Source: a bacterium
GTDB lineage: Bacteria > Zhuqueibacterota > Zhuqueibacteria > Residuimicrobiales > Krinioviventaceae
Assembly: GCA_963693055.1 (NCBI GenBank)
Contig: OY843751.1
Coordinates: 896,001 to 960,000, forward strand
Direction: 5' to 3'
DNA length: 64,000 nucleotides
Position 1 is the stretch's first letter. The number at the start of each line of letters is the position of its first letter. The notes under the pieces are model-generated. The model had not been told where the DNA came from and ran no database searches. It was given only the letters and a program-made list of their open reading frames with translations. This document shows positions 37,380 to 46,519 of this stretch, piece by piece. Position numbers and translations under genes: made by a program.

Positions 37380-39040
37380 TTAAAAGAGATATAGAAGCAC
37401 TAGACCAGCCTTTTGACGTGATCATTGTTGGTGGAGGAATGTATGGTGCCGCTATGGCATGGGAAGCGGTTTCTCGTGGTTACAAGGTTGCATTGCTTGA
37501 AAAAGATGATTTTGCTTCAAATACATCTGCAAACAGTTTAAAAATCATTCACGGTGGTCTTCGATATCTTCAATCCCTTGATATTAAGCGTGTTCTTGAA
37601 TCCGTGCGTGAACGAAAGATCATGTTAACAATTGCTCCCCATCTTGTGCAGCCGTTACAGAGCGTAATGCCTACTTATGGTTTGACCATGAAGAGCAAGC
37701 ACGTTATGTGGGCGGGGATGCTTGTGAATGATATCCTTAGTTTTAACCGTAACAGCGGTGTCGATTCTGAGCGTCATTTACCCAATTGTAAAGTTATCTC
37801 CCGGTCAGAAGCGGCTGCCATGATGCCTAAATTAACCGATGATCATTTTACCGGCGCTGCCTGCTGGTACGACGGACAGGCGTACAATACCGAACGGCTT
37901 GCACTTGCCTTTACAAGTTCTGCTGCTGAAAAGGGTGCAGTTGCTGTAAATTATGTTCAGGTTACTGATTTTATTAAAGAAAATGATGCCATAACCGGTG
38001 TTTGTGCCATTGATCGGTTGAACGGAATGGAGCTCAAGGTTAATGCCAAACAGGTTATTACCACAGCAGGACCCTGGACCAATACCATGAATGAGTTGCT
38101 GGGTGACCGTAAACCCGAAAAATTTATCCTTTCTAAAGCCATCAATTTGATAATAAAACGCAAAATCAATTCAGATACCGCACTGGGTATTACCAGCAAG
38201 ATTGTTTATGAAAAGGGCGTTAAAAAGGAACGCAGCAAGAGACGTCAATTGTTTATTACGCCCTGGCGGGATTATACGGTAGTAGGCACTACACATCTGC
38301 CTTATGATGGCAAGCCTGATGAATATCGTGTTAGCGAGTCAGATATTCAGGACTTTATTGCCGAATTGAACGATATTATGCCAGAGATCAATCTTTCAAG
38401 AGATGATGTGACCTTTTTCAACGGCGGAGTATTGCCCCTTGCTGAAGAGCCGGTACCAGGCCAGGATGTAAAATTACTGGGTCATTATCGTGTTTTTGAC
38501 TCTGAAAATGAAACCGGTTTAAAAGGTTTGATTAATGTTGTGGGTGTTAAATATACTACTGCTCGTGATGTTGCGGAAAAAGTAATGGACCAGGTTACCG
38601 GCAAGCTGGGTACAAACAAGAAAGCCTTTTCAACACGAGAAACGCCGTTGACAGGCGGAATTATTAATAATGTAAAAACATTTTTTGAGCAAAAAACTGA
38701 ACACGGATTGTCTGAAACGGTTTTTGAATCCTTGTTATACAATTACGGAACGCGTTACAGTGAAATTATTGATTTGGTGAAAAATGATGCGGATCTTGCC
38801 GAACCTGTAGATGCGGATTCACATGTTATTAAAGCCCAGGTAGTTTATGCGGTACGCAAAGAGAGTGCACAGAAATTGTCTGATGTAGTGCTTCGCAGGA
38901 CCGATCTTGGCAGCGGTGAACAGCCATCCGATAAAGCTCTGAAAGCTTGTGCCGATTTAATGGCCAAAGAGCTGAGCTGGGATGAAAAACGGATTGAATC
39001 TGAAATTAACGAAACCAAAGCGGTATATATCCCCGCATAG
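37376..39040 (+). CDS. Glycerol-3-phosphate dehydrogenase/oxidase family FAD enzyme
   Basis: GGGMYG, TSANSLKIIHGGLRYL, APHLV, KYTTAR and LSDVVLRRT motifs. Confidence 0.88.
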   Translation: MIKRDIEALDQPFDVIIVGGGMYGAAMAWEAVSRGYKVALLEKDDFASNTSANSLKIIHGGLRYLQSLDIKRVLESVRERKIMLTIAPHLVQPLQSVMPTYGLTMKSKHVMWAGMLVNDILSFNRNSGVDSERHLPNCKVISRSEAAAMMPKLTDDHFTGAACWYDGQAYNTERLALAFTSSAAEKGAVAVNYVQVTDFIKENDAITGVCAIDRLNGMELKVNAKQVITTAGPWTNTMNELLGDRKPEKFILSKAINLIIKRKINSDTALGITSKIVYEKGVKKERSKRRQLFITPWRDYTVVGTTHLPYDGKPDEYRVSESDIQDFIAELNDIMPEINLSRDDVTFFNGGVLPLAEEPVPGQDVKLLGHYRVFDSENETGLKGLINVVGVKYTTARDVAEKVMDQVTGKLGTNKKAFSTRETPLTGGIINNVKTFFEQKTEHGLSETVFESLLYNYGTRYSEIIDLVKNDADLAEPVDADSHVIKAQVVYAVRKESAQKLSDVVLRRTDLGSGEQPSDKALKACADLMAKELSWDEKRIESEINETKAVYIPA

Positions 39041-39055
39041 ATAAAAAGGAACGAG

Positions 39056-40060
39056 ATGAGCAAGCTTGCACTGGTTACCGGTGCTTCCGGGTTTACCGGA
39101 AGTTATATGGTTAAAAATCTCCTTGAACATGGCTATACAGTCCGGGCTATGGTGCGTTCTACCAGCAATACCAAGGAACTGAATGATCTGGATGTTGAAC
39201 TGGTATCTGGCGATCTCTTGAATCAGGCCGATGTAGAGAACGCGGTAAAAGGTGTTGATGTTGTGTATCATATTGCTGCATTTTATCGTTCCGCAAATGA
39301 ACCGGATCAGGTTTATAGAGATGTAAATGTAACCGGCACCCGCTATATTTTTGATGCAGTCCTGAAACACAATGTGGAACGAGTTGTGTATTGCAGCACC
39401 GTAGGTGTACATGGACATGTTGATAATCCCCCTGCAGATGAAAATGCTCCCCTGAAACCGGGAGATATTTATCAGATCACCAAAGTTGAAGCCGAAGCCC
39501 TGGCTATGCAATATTACAAGGAAAAGAATCTGCCGGTTACCATAGTTCGTCCTACCGGTATTTATGGCCCGGGTGATTTGAGAATGTTAAAACTGTACAG
39601 GATGGTGCAGAAAAAAAGATTCCTGATGCTTGGCAATAAAGACCCGTTTTATCATTTAACCTTTGTTACCGATATCGTTGAAGGATTTCGCCTGGCTGGA
39701 GAGAATTCCAATTCTATCGGTCAGGCATATATCATTGCCGGTGAACCTTATATAACCTTGAAACAGTTTGCTGAAACTATAGCAAATGTACTCAATATAG
39801 ATCTTAAAATTGTAAAATTTCCATTATGGCCGGTATATGCTGCCGGCTATGTGTGCGAAAAAATTTGTATACCCTTGCGAGTACAGCCCCCAATCTTTAG
39901 AAGACGTGTAGATATTTATGTTAAAGATCGTGCTTTTGATTGTTCAAAAGCAAAGAATGAACTGGGTTATAAACCCCAGGTAACTCCGGATGAAGGTATT
40001 CGACGGACCGCAGAATGGTATATAGAAAAAGGATACCTGGCACCTGTTAATTCAAACTAA
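39056..40060 (+). CDS. NAD-dependent epimerase/dehydratase (extended SDR)
   Basis: TGASGFTG, YQITK and RPTGIYGPGD motifs. Confidence 0.88.
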   Translation: MSKLALVTGASGFTGSYMVKNLLEHGYTVRAMVRSTSNTKELNDLDVELVSGDLLNQADVENAVKGVDVVYHIAAFYRSANEPDQVYRDVNVTGTRYIFDAVLKHNVERVVYCSTVGVHGHVDNPPADENAPLKPGDIYQITKVEAEALAMQYYKEKNLPVTIVRPTGIYGPGDLRMLKLYRMVQKKRFLMLGNKDPFYHLTFVTDIVEGFRLAGENSNSIGQAYIIAGEPYITLKQFAETIANVLNIDLKIVKFPLWPVYAAGYVCEKICIPLRVQPPIFRRRVDIYVKDRAFDCSKAKNELGYKPQVTPDEGIRRTAEWYIEKGYLAPVNSN

Positions 40061-40066
40061 TGGTGG

Positions 40067-40810
40067 ATGATCATGAGCGAACAAGCACCCATTGGAATTC
40101 AACGTGACCTGCATGACCAGTCTCAGGGCAAGCTCGGGAAATACAGCAGTCTTGTGGTTGGTAAAAAAGGGCTGGGGCCATTGATAAAATATGAGCTGGT
40201 ACAGATGTTCAGTACTGCAGTACCGGGCGCATTCGGCTTGTTGCTGCGCAGCAAGTTGTACAAGTCTTTGCTGGGTTCGTGCGGTCGCAATGTCAATTTC
40301 GGCATGAATGTTATCCTTCGTCATCCGCATAAAATACACATTGGTGATAATGTTAATATAGATGATAATTGTTTAATAGATGCAAAAGGGACAAATAACT
40401 CTGGCATTTCCATTGGTTCCGGTTCATTTATTGGCAGAAACACTATACTCAGCTGCAAAGACGGTGATATAGAAATAGGTGAAAATGCCAATATTGGGTT
40501 CAATTGTGAGATTTTCTCGGCAAGCAAGGTCACCCTTGGCAAAAACAATTTATTTGCAGCCTATTGCTACCTGATTGGCGGTGAGCATACTTATGACCGT
40601 ACAGATGTTCCTGTTTTAGAGCAGGAACGGATTTCAAGAGGGATCACTATTGAAGACAATGTCTGGTTGGGTGCATCTGTCAAAGTGAACGATGGGGTAA
40701 CCATTGGTCGGGATTCAATTATCGGTACATCAGCAGTGGTAAGAGAGGATGTACCAGAATTCAGTATTGCTGTAGGAATACCAGCCAAAGTGGTGAAAAG
40801 CAGAAAGTAA
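40067..40810 (+). CDS. Hexapeptide-repeat (LbH) acyltransferase
   Basis: Repeated IG.N..I hexapeptides; IEDNVWLG; AVGIPAKV. Confidence 0.9.
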   Translation: MIMSEQAPIGIQRDLHDQSQGKLGKYSSLVVGKKGLGPLIKYELVQMFSTAVPGAFGLLLRSKLYKSLLGSCGRNVNFGMNVILRHPHKIHIGDNVNIDDNCLIDAKGTNNSGISIGSGSFIGRNTILSCKDGDIEIGENANIGFNCEIFSASKVTLGKNNLFAAYCYLIGGEHTYDRTDVPVLEQERISRGITIEDNVWLGASVKVNDGVTIGRDSIIGTSAVVREDVPEFSIAVGIPAKVVKSRK

Positions 40811-40813
40811 AAT

Positions 40814-42040
40814 ATGCAATTGTCTGGTTCAAATGGAATACAAAAAAAATATTTATTACTGGCAGTTTTGATTTTTGTCTTTATAGCAGGAATCTGGCCG
40901 CAATTGAAAAATGATACAGGTGATTTAAATTTCTATGTGCACCAGGCTGATGCCTTTTTGCATGGTCGTTTGGATATTGCCCCCCAGAAATATGATACCG
41001 CGTATTACAATGGCAAGTATTATGTTCCTTATCCCCCGGTGCCTGCTATTCTCTTGTTACCCTTTGTTGCTATATTGGGTATTGCCGGTACAAAAGTTAT
41101 GTGGATCAGTTTGATTTTAACTATACTCAATATTTTTGTACTGCGAGACGTTTTTAATCGATTAAATGTAAAAAAAGAACTTGTTCCCTGGCTGCTGGTT
41201 GCCTTTTTTACCGGCACGGCTTATTGGATGGTTCTCAGATATACTTCAACAGTGTATTACTTTGCACATATTGTTTCTGTTTCTGCCTTGTTATTATCTA
41301 TTCGGGAGGGATTTGGAAAAGGACGTGGTTGGCTGGCAGGTCTGTTTCTTGCCATGGCAATTTTATCCCGGCAGTTAATGGTGTACAGTACACTGTTTAT
41401 GATTTTCGTTTTATGGCAGCAAAGTAAAGATAAATCCAACAAATCCAGACTTTTCAATATGGCAGCATTTTTTACTGTGCTGGGCGTATTCTTTTTTGCA
41501 TATTTAGGATTCAATTATGTGCGTTTTGGAAATCCTCTGGATACCGGTTATATGTACATCCAGTTTACTCCTTTTTTGAAATTGCGAATAGAAAAATATG
41601 GTTTATTCAATATAGCATATGTTCCGTTTAATTTTATAAACCTGTTTTTACAGGGCTTTCATGTAAATTTCAGTCAGCCCTTGTTGCTACGTATAGTAGA
41701 TGTAGACCATTTTGGCACATCCATAACCTTTGCGAGTCCCTTTGTTTTTGCTGCCTTTTGGGCAAAGGGAGATAGGGCAATTATCCGTGCTGCCTGGATT
41801 TCAATTTGTCTTGCTATATTACACGTGTTGTTTTATCATAATAATGGCTGGTATCAGATTAATGCGCACCGGTTCACGCTAGACTTTTTACCGGTTCTGA
41901 TGGTGTTGGTTGCGTTGAGTGCTCAGTATGTACATCAAAAATTGTTTAAATTTGGTATAATTTATTCCTTAGCATTGAATATTTTTGCTTTATTGCTGGT
42001 TCCACTTTTAGCTGCTGTCTTGAAATTTATTGTAAAGTAA
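40814..42040 (+). CDS. Polytopic membrane protein, probable GT-C glycosyltransferase
   Basis: About 10 TMs; periplasmic loop ADAFLHGRL...YYNGKYYVPYPPVPA; NYVRFGNPLDTGY and RFTLD motifs. Confidence 0.6.
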   Translation: MQLSGSNGIQKKYLLLAVLIFVFIAGIWPQLKNDTGDLNFYVHQADAFLHGRLDIAPQKYDTAYYNGKYYVPYPPVPAILLLPFVAILGIAGTKVMWISLILTILNIFVLRDVFNRLNVKKELVPWLLVAFFTGTAYWMVLRYTSTVYYFAHIVSVSALLLSIREGFGKGRGWLAGLFLAMAILSRQLMVYSTLFMIFVLWQQSKDKSNKSRLFNMAAFFTVLGVFFFAYLGFNYVRFGNPLDTGYMYIQFTPFLKLRIEKYGLFNIAYVPFNFINLFLQGFHVNFSQPLLLRIVDVDHFGTSITFASPFVFAAFWAKGDRAIIRAAWISICLAILHVLFYHNNGWYQINAHRFTLDFLPVLMVLVALSAQYVHQKLFKFGIIYSLALNIFALLLVPLLAAVLKFIVK

Positions 42041-42049
42041 AGGAAAAGC

Positions 42050-43186
42050 GTGACAGATAACAAATACAATATTCTTCATGTGATTGATAAATTTTCAATG
42101 GATGGTGTGAATCCAAGCAGCTGCGCTTACCTGATCCGTGATTGGCACCGTTATGCTAATAAAGACCATTTCAATGTGATGGCATGTGGTTTAAAAGCCG
42201 AAGAACCAGCGGGTGAGATTTATCGCAAATCGGGTATTCCGGTTTTCTTTTTGGGTAATGGCAAATATTCTCCCGGTAATGTTACCGGGCTCATGCGTTT
42301 GATTGACTGGGAAAAGATTGACTTGCTGCATTTGCATGGATACAGTTCAGCAAATTTTGGACGTATTGCAGCGAAACTGAAAAAAATACCCAATATAGTG
42401 CATGAACACGCTATTCTTAAAATTTTACCGCATCAATATGTTGCGGATTTACTGCTAAAAGGACTAACCGACTGCGGTGTAGCAGTATCGGGCGCGGTTA
42501 AGGATTTTATGGTTTCCGGAAGGCATGTGCCCAGGAAAAAGATCCAGGTAGTTTATAATGGTGTAAATTTGCAGAAATTTGTCAAGAGCGATTCAGAGTC
42601 GGTTGCAAATCTGCGTCATGAATTGGGGTTGTTGCCCGATCATTTTATTATCGGAAATCTGACTCGGTTACGTGAAGAAAAGGGCAATGCCGTACTGATA
42701 GAGTCGATGAAATCTATTGTTGCAAAACATCCCAAGGTGAGACTGGTTATTGCGGGTGATGGTCCCGAAAAGCAGGAACTTGAAGCGTTGGTAAGTAAAC
42801 TGGAGCTTGATGAATATGTAAAGCTGGTTGGTTTTAGGCGTGATATTATGGAGCTTTTGACCCTGTTTGATTTAATGGCAATTCCTTCTCTGAATGAAGG
42901 TTTTGGCCTGGTTCTTGTTGAAGCTTTGGCAATGGAATTACCTTCTGTTTGTTCGCATGTTGGTGGTTTGGCAGAAATTGCCGGTGAACCACCATGCGCG
43001 CAACTGGTTCCCGCGGGAGATCCTGATTTGCTTGCACAGGGAATTCTTGAATTGATAGATAACCCCAATCTTGCAATACAAATGGCGCAACGGGGATTAA
43101 TTGAAAGTCAGAAATTTAGTATTGAAAACAATGTAATGCGACTGGAAGAAATTTATTTGTCCCTTCTTGAAAAGAAGGATTATTAA
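42050..43186 (+). CDS. Glycosyltransferase family 4
   Basis: VYNGV, RLREEKG and EGFGLVLVEA (ExxxxxxxE) motifs. Confidence 0.92.
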   Translation: MTDNKYNILHVIDKFSMDGVNPSSCAYLIRDWHRYANKDHFNVMACGLKAEEPAGEIYRKSGIPVFFLGNGKYSPGNVTGLMRLIDWEKIDLLHLHGYSSANFGRIAAKLKKIPNIVHEHAILKILPHQYVADLLLKGLTDCGVAVSGAVKDFMVSGRHVPRKKIQVVYNGVNLQKFVKSDSESVANLRHELGLLPDHFIIGNLTRLREEKGNAVLIESMKSIVAKHPKVRLVIAGDGPEKQELEALVSKLELDEYVKLVGFRRDIMELLTLFDLMAIPSLNEGFGLVLVEALAMELPSVCSHVGGLAEIAGEPPCAQLVPAGDPDLLAQGILELIDNPNLAIQMAQRGLIESQKFSIENNVMRLEEIYLSLLEKKDY

Positions 43187-43209
43187 GAATAAAAAAAAGA
43201 GGGCTGTAA

Positions 43210-44229
43210 ATGAGATCTGCTATTGTAGGTTGTGGAAATATATCCCGGTTTCATATTCATGGTATCAGCACCTCTCCGTTGGCGTATCTTGCCGCGGTTT
43301 GTGATACCAATGCAGAACTTGCGGAAAGCAAGGCAAAGGAACTGGGAGTAAAAGCGTATACCCAGGTTGATGAAATGCTTGAAAGCGAAGAACTGGATGT
43401 AATTCATGTTCTGGTTCCACCACAATATCACAAAGATGTTGCAGTGAAAGCATTGTCCCGGGGTGTGCATGTATTGGTAGAAAAACCCCTGGCGGTGTCT
43501 ACCAAAGATGCCGATGCTATGATCGCCGCGGCAGAGGAGAATAATGTAAAGTTGTGTGTAAACCACAACATGACCTATGAACCTTCTTATGTTAAAACAA
43601 GAGATCTGGTGAACAGCTATGAATTTGGCGAGCTCTTGCATATCGACGCATTTATGGCTTTTGATCTGAGACGTACGCTTGGAGAAGGCGGGTTAGACTC
43701 TGTTTGGCAAAGTCAGCTGAAAGGTCATTTTTTGCAGGACTTGTTACCTCATCCTGCTTCTATGGTATTGGAGCTTTTGCGCGGTTATACCAAGGCAAAT
43801 GTTATCTATAGAAAAGATGCTGATGATCGGTTAAAAGATCAGGCCAACATTATGCTTGAATCTCAATTGGCAACTGCCAACATAACCTTGTCCTTGTCTG
43901 CGCAACCCGATGTATTTGGAATGACTTTGTATGGAACCAAGATGATACTAAAGTCTGATTTTTCAAACATGAGTGTTGTAAAACAAAAAACCTATAAAGT
44001 GCCAAGAAAACTGATGCGTGGTGTAGACAGTATCTCACAATCCATGCAGATTTTTGGAAACACTGTTGGCACTACTGTGGGCCTGGCGTTGAAACGCGTT
44101 TCCGAAGCGGGTGGTATGGGTGCGTTGATACATGCATTTTATGAAAGCCTTGATAAAGACTGGCCTGTTCCGGTAACCGGTGCGGAAGCCAGAGGCGTTG
44201 TTGAATTGTCTGAAAAAATCTGGAAATAA
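43210..44229 (+). CDS. Gfo/Idh/MocA family oxidoreductase
   Basis: GCGNIS, HVLVEKP and DLLPHP motifs. Confidence 0.9.
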   Translation: MRSAIVGCGNISRFHIHGISTSPLAYLAAVCDTNAELAESKAKELGVKAYTQVDEMLESEELDVIHVLVPPQYHKDVAVKALSRGVHVLVEKPLAVSTKDADAMIAAAEENNVKLCVNHNMTYEPSYVKTRDLVNSYEFGELLHIDAFMAFDLRRTLGEGGLDSVWQSQLKGHFLQDLLPHPASMVLELLRGYTKANVIYRKDADDRLKDQANIMLESQLATANITLSLSAQPDVFGMTLYGTKMILKSDFSNMSVVKQKTYKVPRKLMRGVDSISQSMQIFGNTVGTTVGLALKRVSEAGGMGALIHAFYESLDKDWPVPVTGAEARGVVELSEKIWK

Positions 44230-44240
44230 AGGAGCACATC

Positions 44241-45230
44241 ATGAAAGTCCTAGTAACGGGAGCATCTGGTTTTTTGGGCAGCCGTTTGGTTGAGGTGCTT
44301 GTAGAAAAGAAATATGATGTAAAGGCAATGGTAAGGCAGCAAAGTAATCGGGAATATCTCGATAAATTGCCGGTTGAGATCTTTACCGCAGACCTGAAAG
44401 ATAAATCTACACTCCAGGGTATTATGGACGGAGTGGATGTTGTTATACATGCCGGTGCAACCACATTCGGTACATTTGAAGAACAAAAGCAAGGAACTAT
44501 TGAAGGTACGCGCTACATGCTTGACCTTGCTGAAGAAGCGGGAGTTAAGAAATTTATTCACATCAGTTCGCTGACGGTTTATGATATCAACAATGTGCCC
44601 AATAATGCTTTGATCAATGAAGCTTGTCCTATTGAACCATACCCTGAAAAGGTAGGGCCCTATGCTTATACCAAGACCGAGAGTGAAAAGCTGGTTCAGG
44701 AACGCATGAAAAAAGAAACGCTTCCAATAACTATTGTTCGTCCGGGATTGGTTTATGGTTCTCGGCGTAATATGTTTTTTCCGCACCTGGGATTTTCTGC
44801 CGGTGGCGGCAAGTTGATTGTAACCATTGGTTGGGAAAGTAAAGTATTGCCCCTCACGTATTTATACAATACTTGTGAAGTGATTGCACGGCTGATAGAG
44901 CATGAACGTGCGGTTGGGCAAATTTATAACATTGTAGATCCCAAAACCATTACTTATAAACAATACCTGAATTATTATTTGCGCGCAATGAGAATGAAAA
45001 GTATTGTTATACCCTTTCCGTACACACTGTTGAAACTTGCAGCGTTTTGTTTTGAAATGCTGAACAAGATTCCGCCATTAAAAGGCAAGTTTGGTATGAG
45101 TCGCTATCGTTTAAATCCGAAATTTAAAAAAGTAAGGTTTGACGGTTCTCTTGTACTCAAAGAGTTGAACTGGTATCCTGAAATTTCTCTTGATGAATCC
45201 CTTCACCGTGCATTTCATGAGGATGAATAG
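44241..45230 (+). CDS. NAD-dependent epimerase/dehydratase
   Basis: TGASGFLG, YAYTK and RPGLVYG motifs. Confidence 0.88.
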   Translation: MKVLVTGASGFLGSRLVEVLVEKKYDVKAMVRQQSNREYLDKLPVEIFTADLKDKSTLQGIMDGVDVVIHAGATTFGTFEEQKQGTIEGTRYMLDLAEEAGVKKFIHISSLTVYDINNVPNNALINEACPIEPYPEKVGPYAYTKTESEKLVQERMKKETLPITIVRPGLVYGSRRNMFFPHLGFSAGGGKLIVTIGWESKVLPLTYLYNTCEVIARLIEHERAVGQIYNIVDPKTITYKQYLNYYLRAMRMKSIVIPFPYTLLKLAAFCFEMLNKIPPLKGKFGMSRYRLNPKFKKVRFDGSLVLKELNWYPEISLDESLHRAFHEDE

Positions 45231-45240
45231 TTAGCGCCTT

Positions 45241-46260
45241 ATGAAGCAAAAAATTTCAAAGCAATTAAAATTGATTGGCAGAGTGGCCCTTAGCGGGGCC
45301 ATTCTTTTGTATTTAATCAGCAAAATAGATTTTGCTGCTGCCAAAGACAGTCTGTCAACACTCCATTTGGGTTATCTTGCCCTGGCTTTGGTACCGTCGG
45401 TTGTGGAGTTGATTTTAAAATCGCTAAAGTGGCAAATGTTACTGCGTATTAAAAATATCCGTGTGCCTTTTTATGAGATTTTTAAGATCTATTACATCAG
45501 CAGTTTTATTGGTACGTTTTTGCCCTCCAGTCTGGGGATTGATGTATTACGTTCATATAGCATGTCACGATTCATCAGAAATGCCCAGGAATCTGTATCA
45601 ACAGTTTTTGTCGACAGGTTGCTGGGTGTGTTGTCGCTAATCTTTGTAGTATTGCTGGGTGTTTTGTCGGTACAGACTGGTCTGATAAACAATATTTGGC
45701 AGTTTGTTTTAACTATTGTTGGTGTGATTTTTATTTTGTTTACCGGTTTGATCCTTTCACGGCATTTAATTGTTTTACTTGAAAAGATATTAAAGCAGTT
45801 CCGTATTAAACCGGAAAAAATTAGAAAATATATTGACCTGCTGCACAATATTTACAATTCTATAATAGATTTTAAAAACAATAAAGTGCAGGTTTTCAAA
45901 GTCTTTCTGGTTTCTATTGTTTTTCAATTCAGTCGTATTGCTATTACCTGGTGTGTGGGGTTATCGTTTGGAATTGATCTCAGTATAAAATATTGGATTA
46001 TTATAGTACCCTTGGTTACATTGGCTACCATGCTGCCCCTGGCAGTAGGTGGAATTGGTATTCGTGAAGGGGCATTTGTTTTCTTTTTAAATAAAATGGG
46101 TGTACCAATTGAAACCGGCTTTTTGTTATCAATAACGGTTTTTCTGCTCGCTGTATTTACCGCCATACCCGGATTTGGTTTTTATCTTCGGTATGGTATT
46201 AACACTTCCAGGGACAATAATACCGATTTCAAAAATGGCCCAAACGTGCAACAGAATTGA
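45241..46260 (+). CDS. Lysylphosphatidylglycerol-synthase TM (flippase-like) protein
   Basis: KW..LL, FLPSSLGID, DRLLG and LPLAVGGIGIREG motifs. Confidence 0.85.
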   Translation: MKQKISKQLKLIGRVALSGAILLYLISKIDFAAAKDSLSTLHLGYLALALVPSVVELILKSLKWQMLLRIKNIRVPFYEIFKIYYISSFIGTFLPSSLGIDVLRSYSMSRFIRNAQESVSTVFVDRLLGVLSLIFVVLLGVLSVQTGLINNIWQFVLTIVGVIFILFTGLILSRHLIVLLEKILKQFRIKPEKIRKYIDLLHNIYNSIIDFKNNKVQVFKVFLVSIVFQFSRIAITWCVGLSFGIDLSIKYWIIIVPLVTLATMLPLAVGGIGIREGAFVFFLNKMGVPIETGFLLSITVFLLAVFTAIPGFGFYLRYGINTSRDNNTDFKNGPNVQQN

Positions 46261-46354
46261 AATAGAGTGGGACATTTTTATTCGAATTTATTCCCTATAA
46301 AGAAACAAATGGATTACCTGTTTAAAACTGTAAATATTTTTCGCTTACCTTCTC

Positions 46355-46367
46355 TAACTTGTTGTTT
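46355..46367. promoter_or_regulatory. Possible IHF site
   Basis: TAACTTGTTGTTT, one mismatch to YAANNNNTTGATW, lying between a candidate enhancer box and the sigma-54 site. Confidence 0.35.
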
Positions 46368-46432
46368 TTGTTGGGCTGAAAATGTTGCAACTTGAAGAAA
46401 TAGGCTTTTGGGGAAACGCTGCTTATTGAATC

Positions 46433-46448
46433 TGGCATAGTGATTGCT
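46433..46448 (+). promoter_or_regulatory. Second sigma-54 (-24/-12) promoter
   Basis: TGGCAT-AGTGA-TTGCT, about 70 bp upstream of the secreted-protein gene. Confidence 0.78.
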
Positions 46449-46519
46449 CATTAATCGATGGTAATAGTATTATTGCAACTTATATCCTTTGATATAAATT
46501 GGAACCATGGAGAGATAAT

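Noticed and set aside
38957-39511. Long antisense ORFs (for example 38957-39511, 44250-44786, 57742-58227)
   Set aside because: They lie opposite well-supported genes and show no recognisable motifs.
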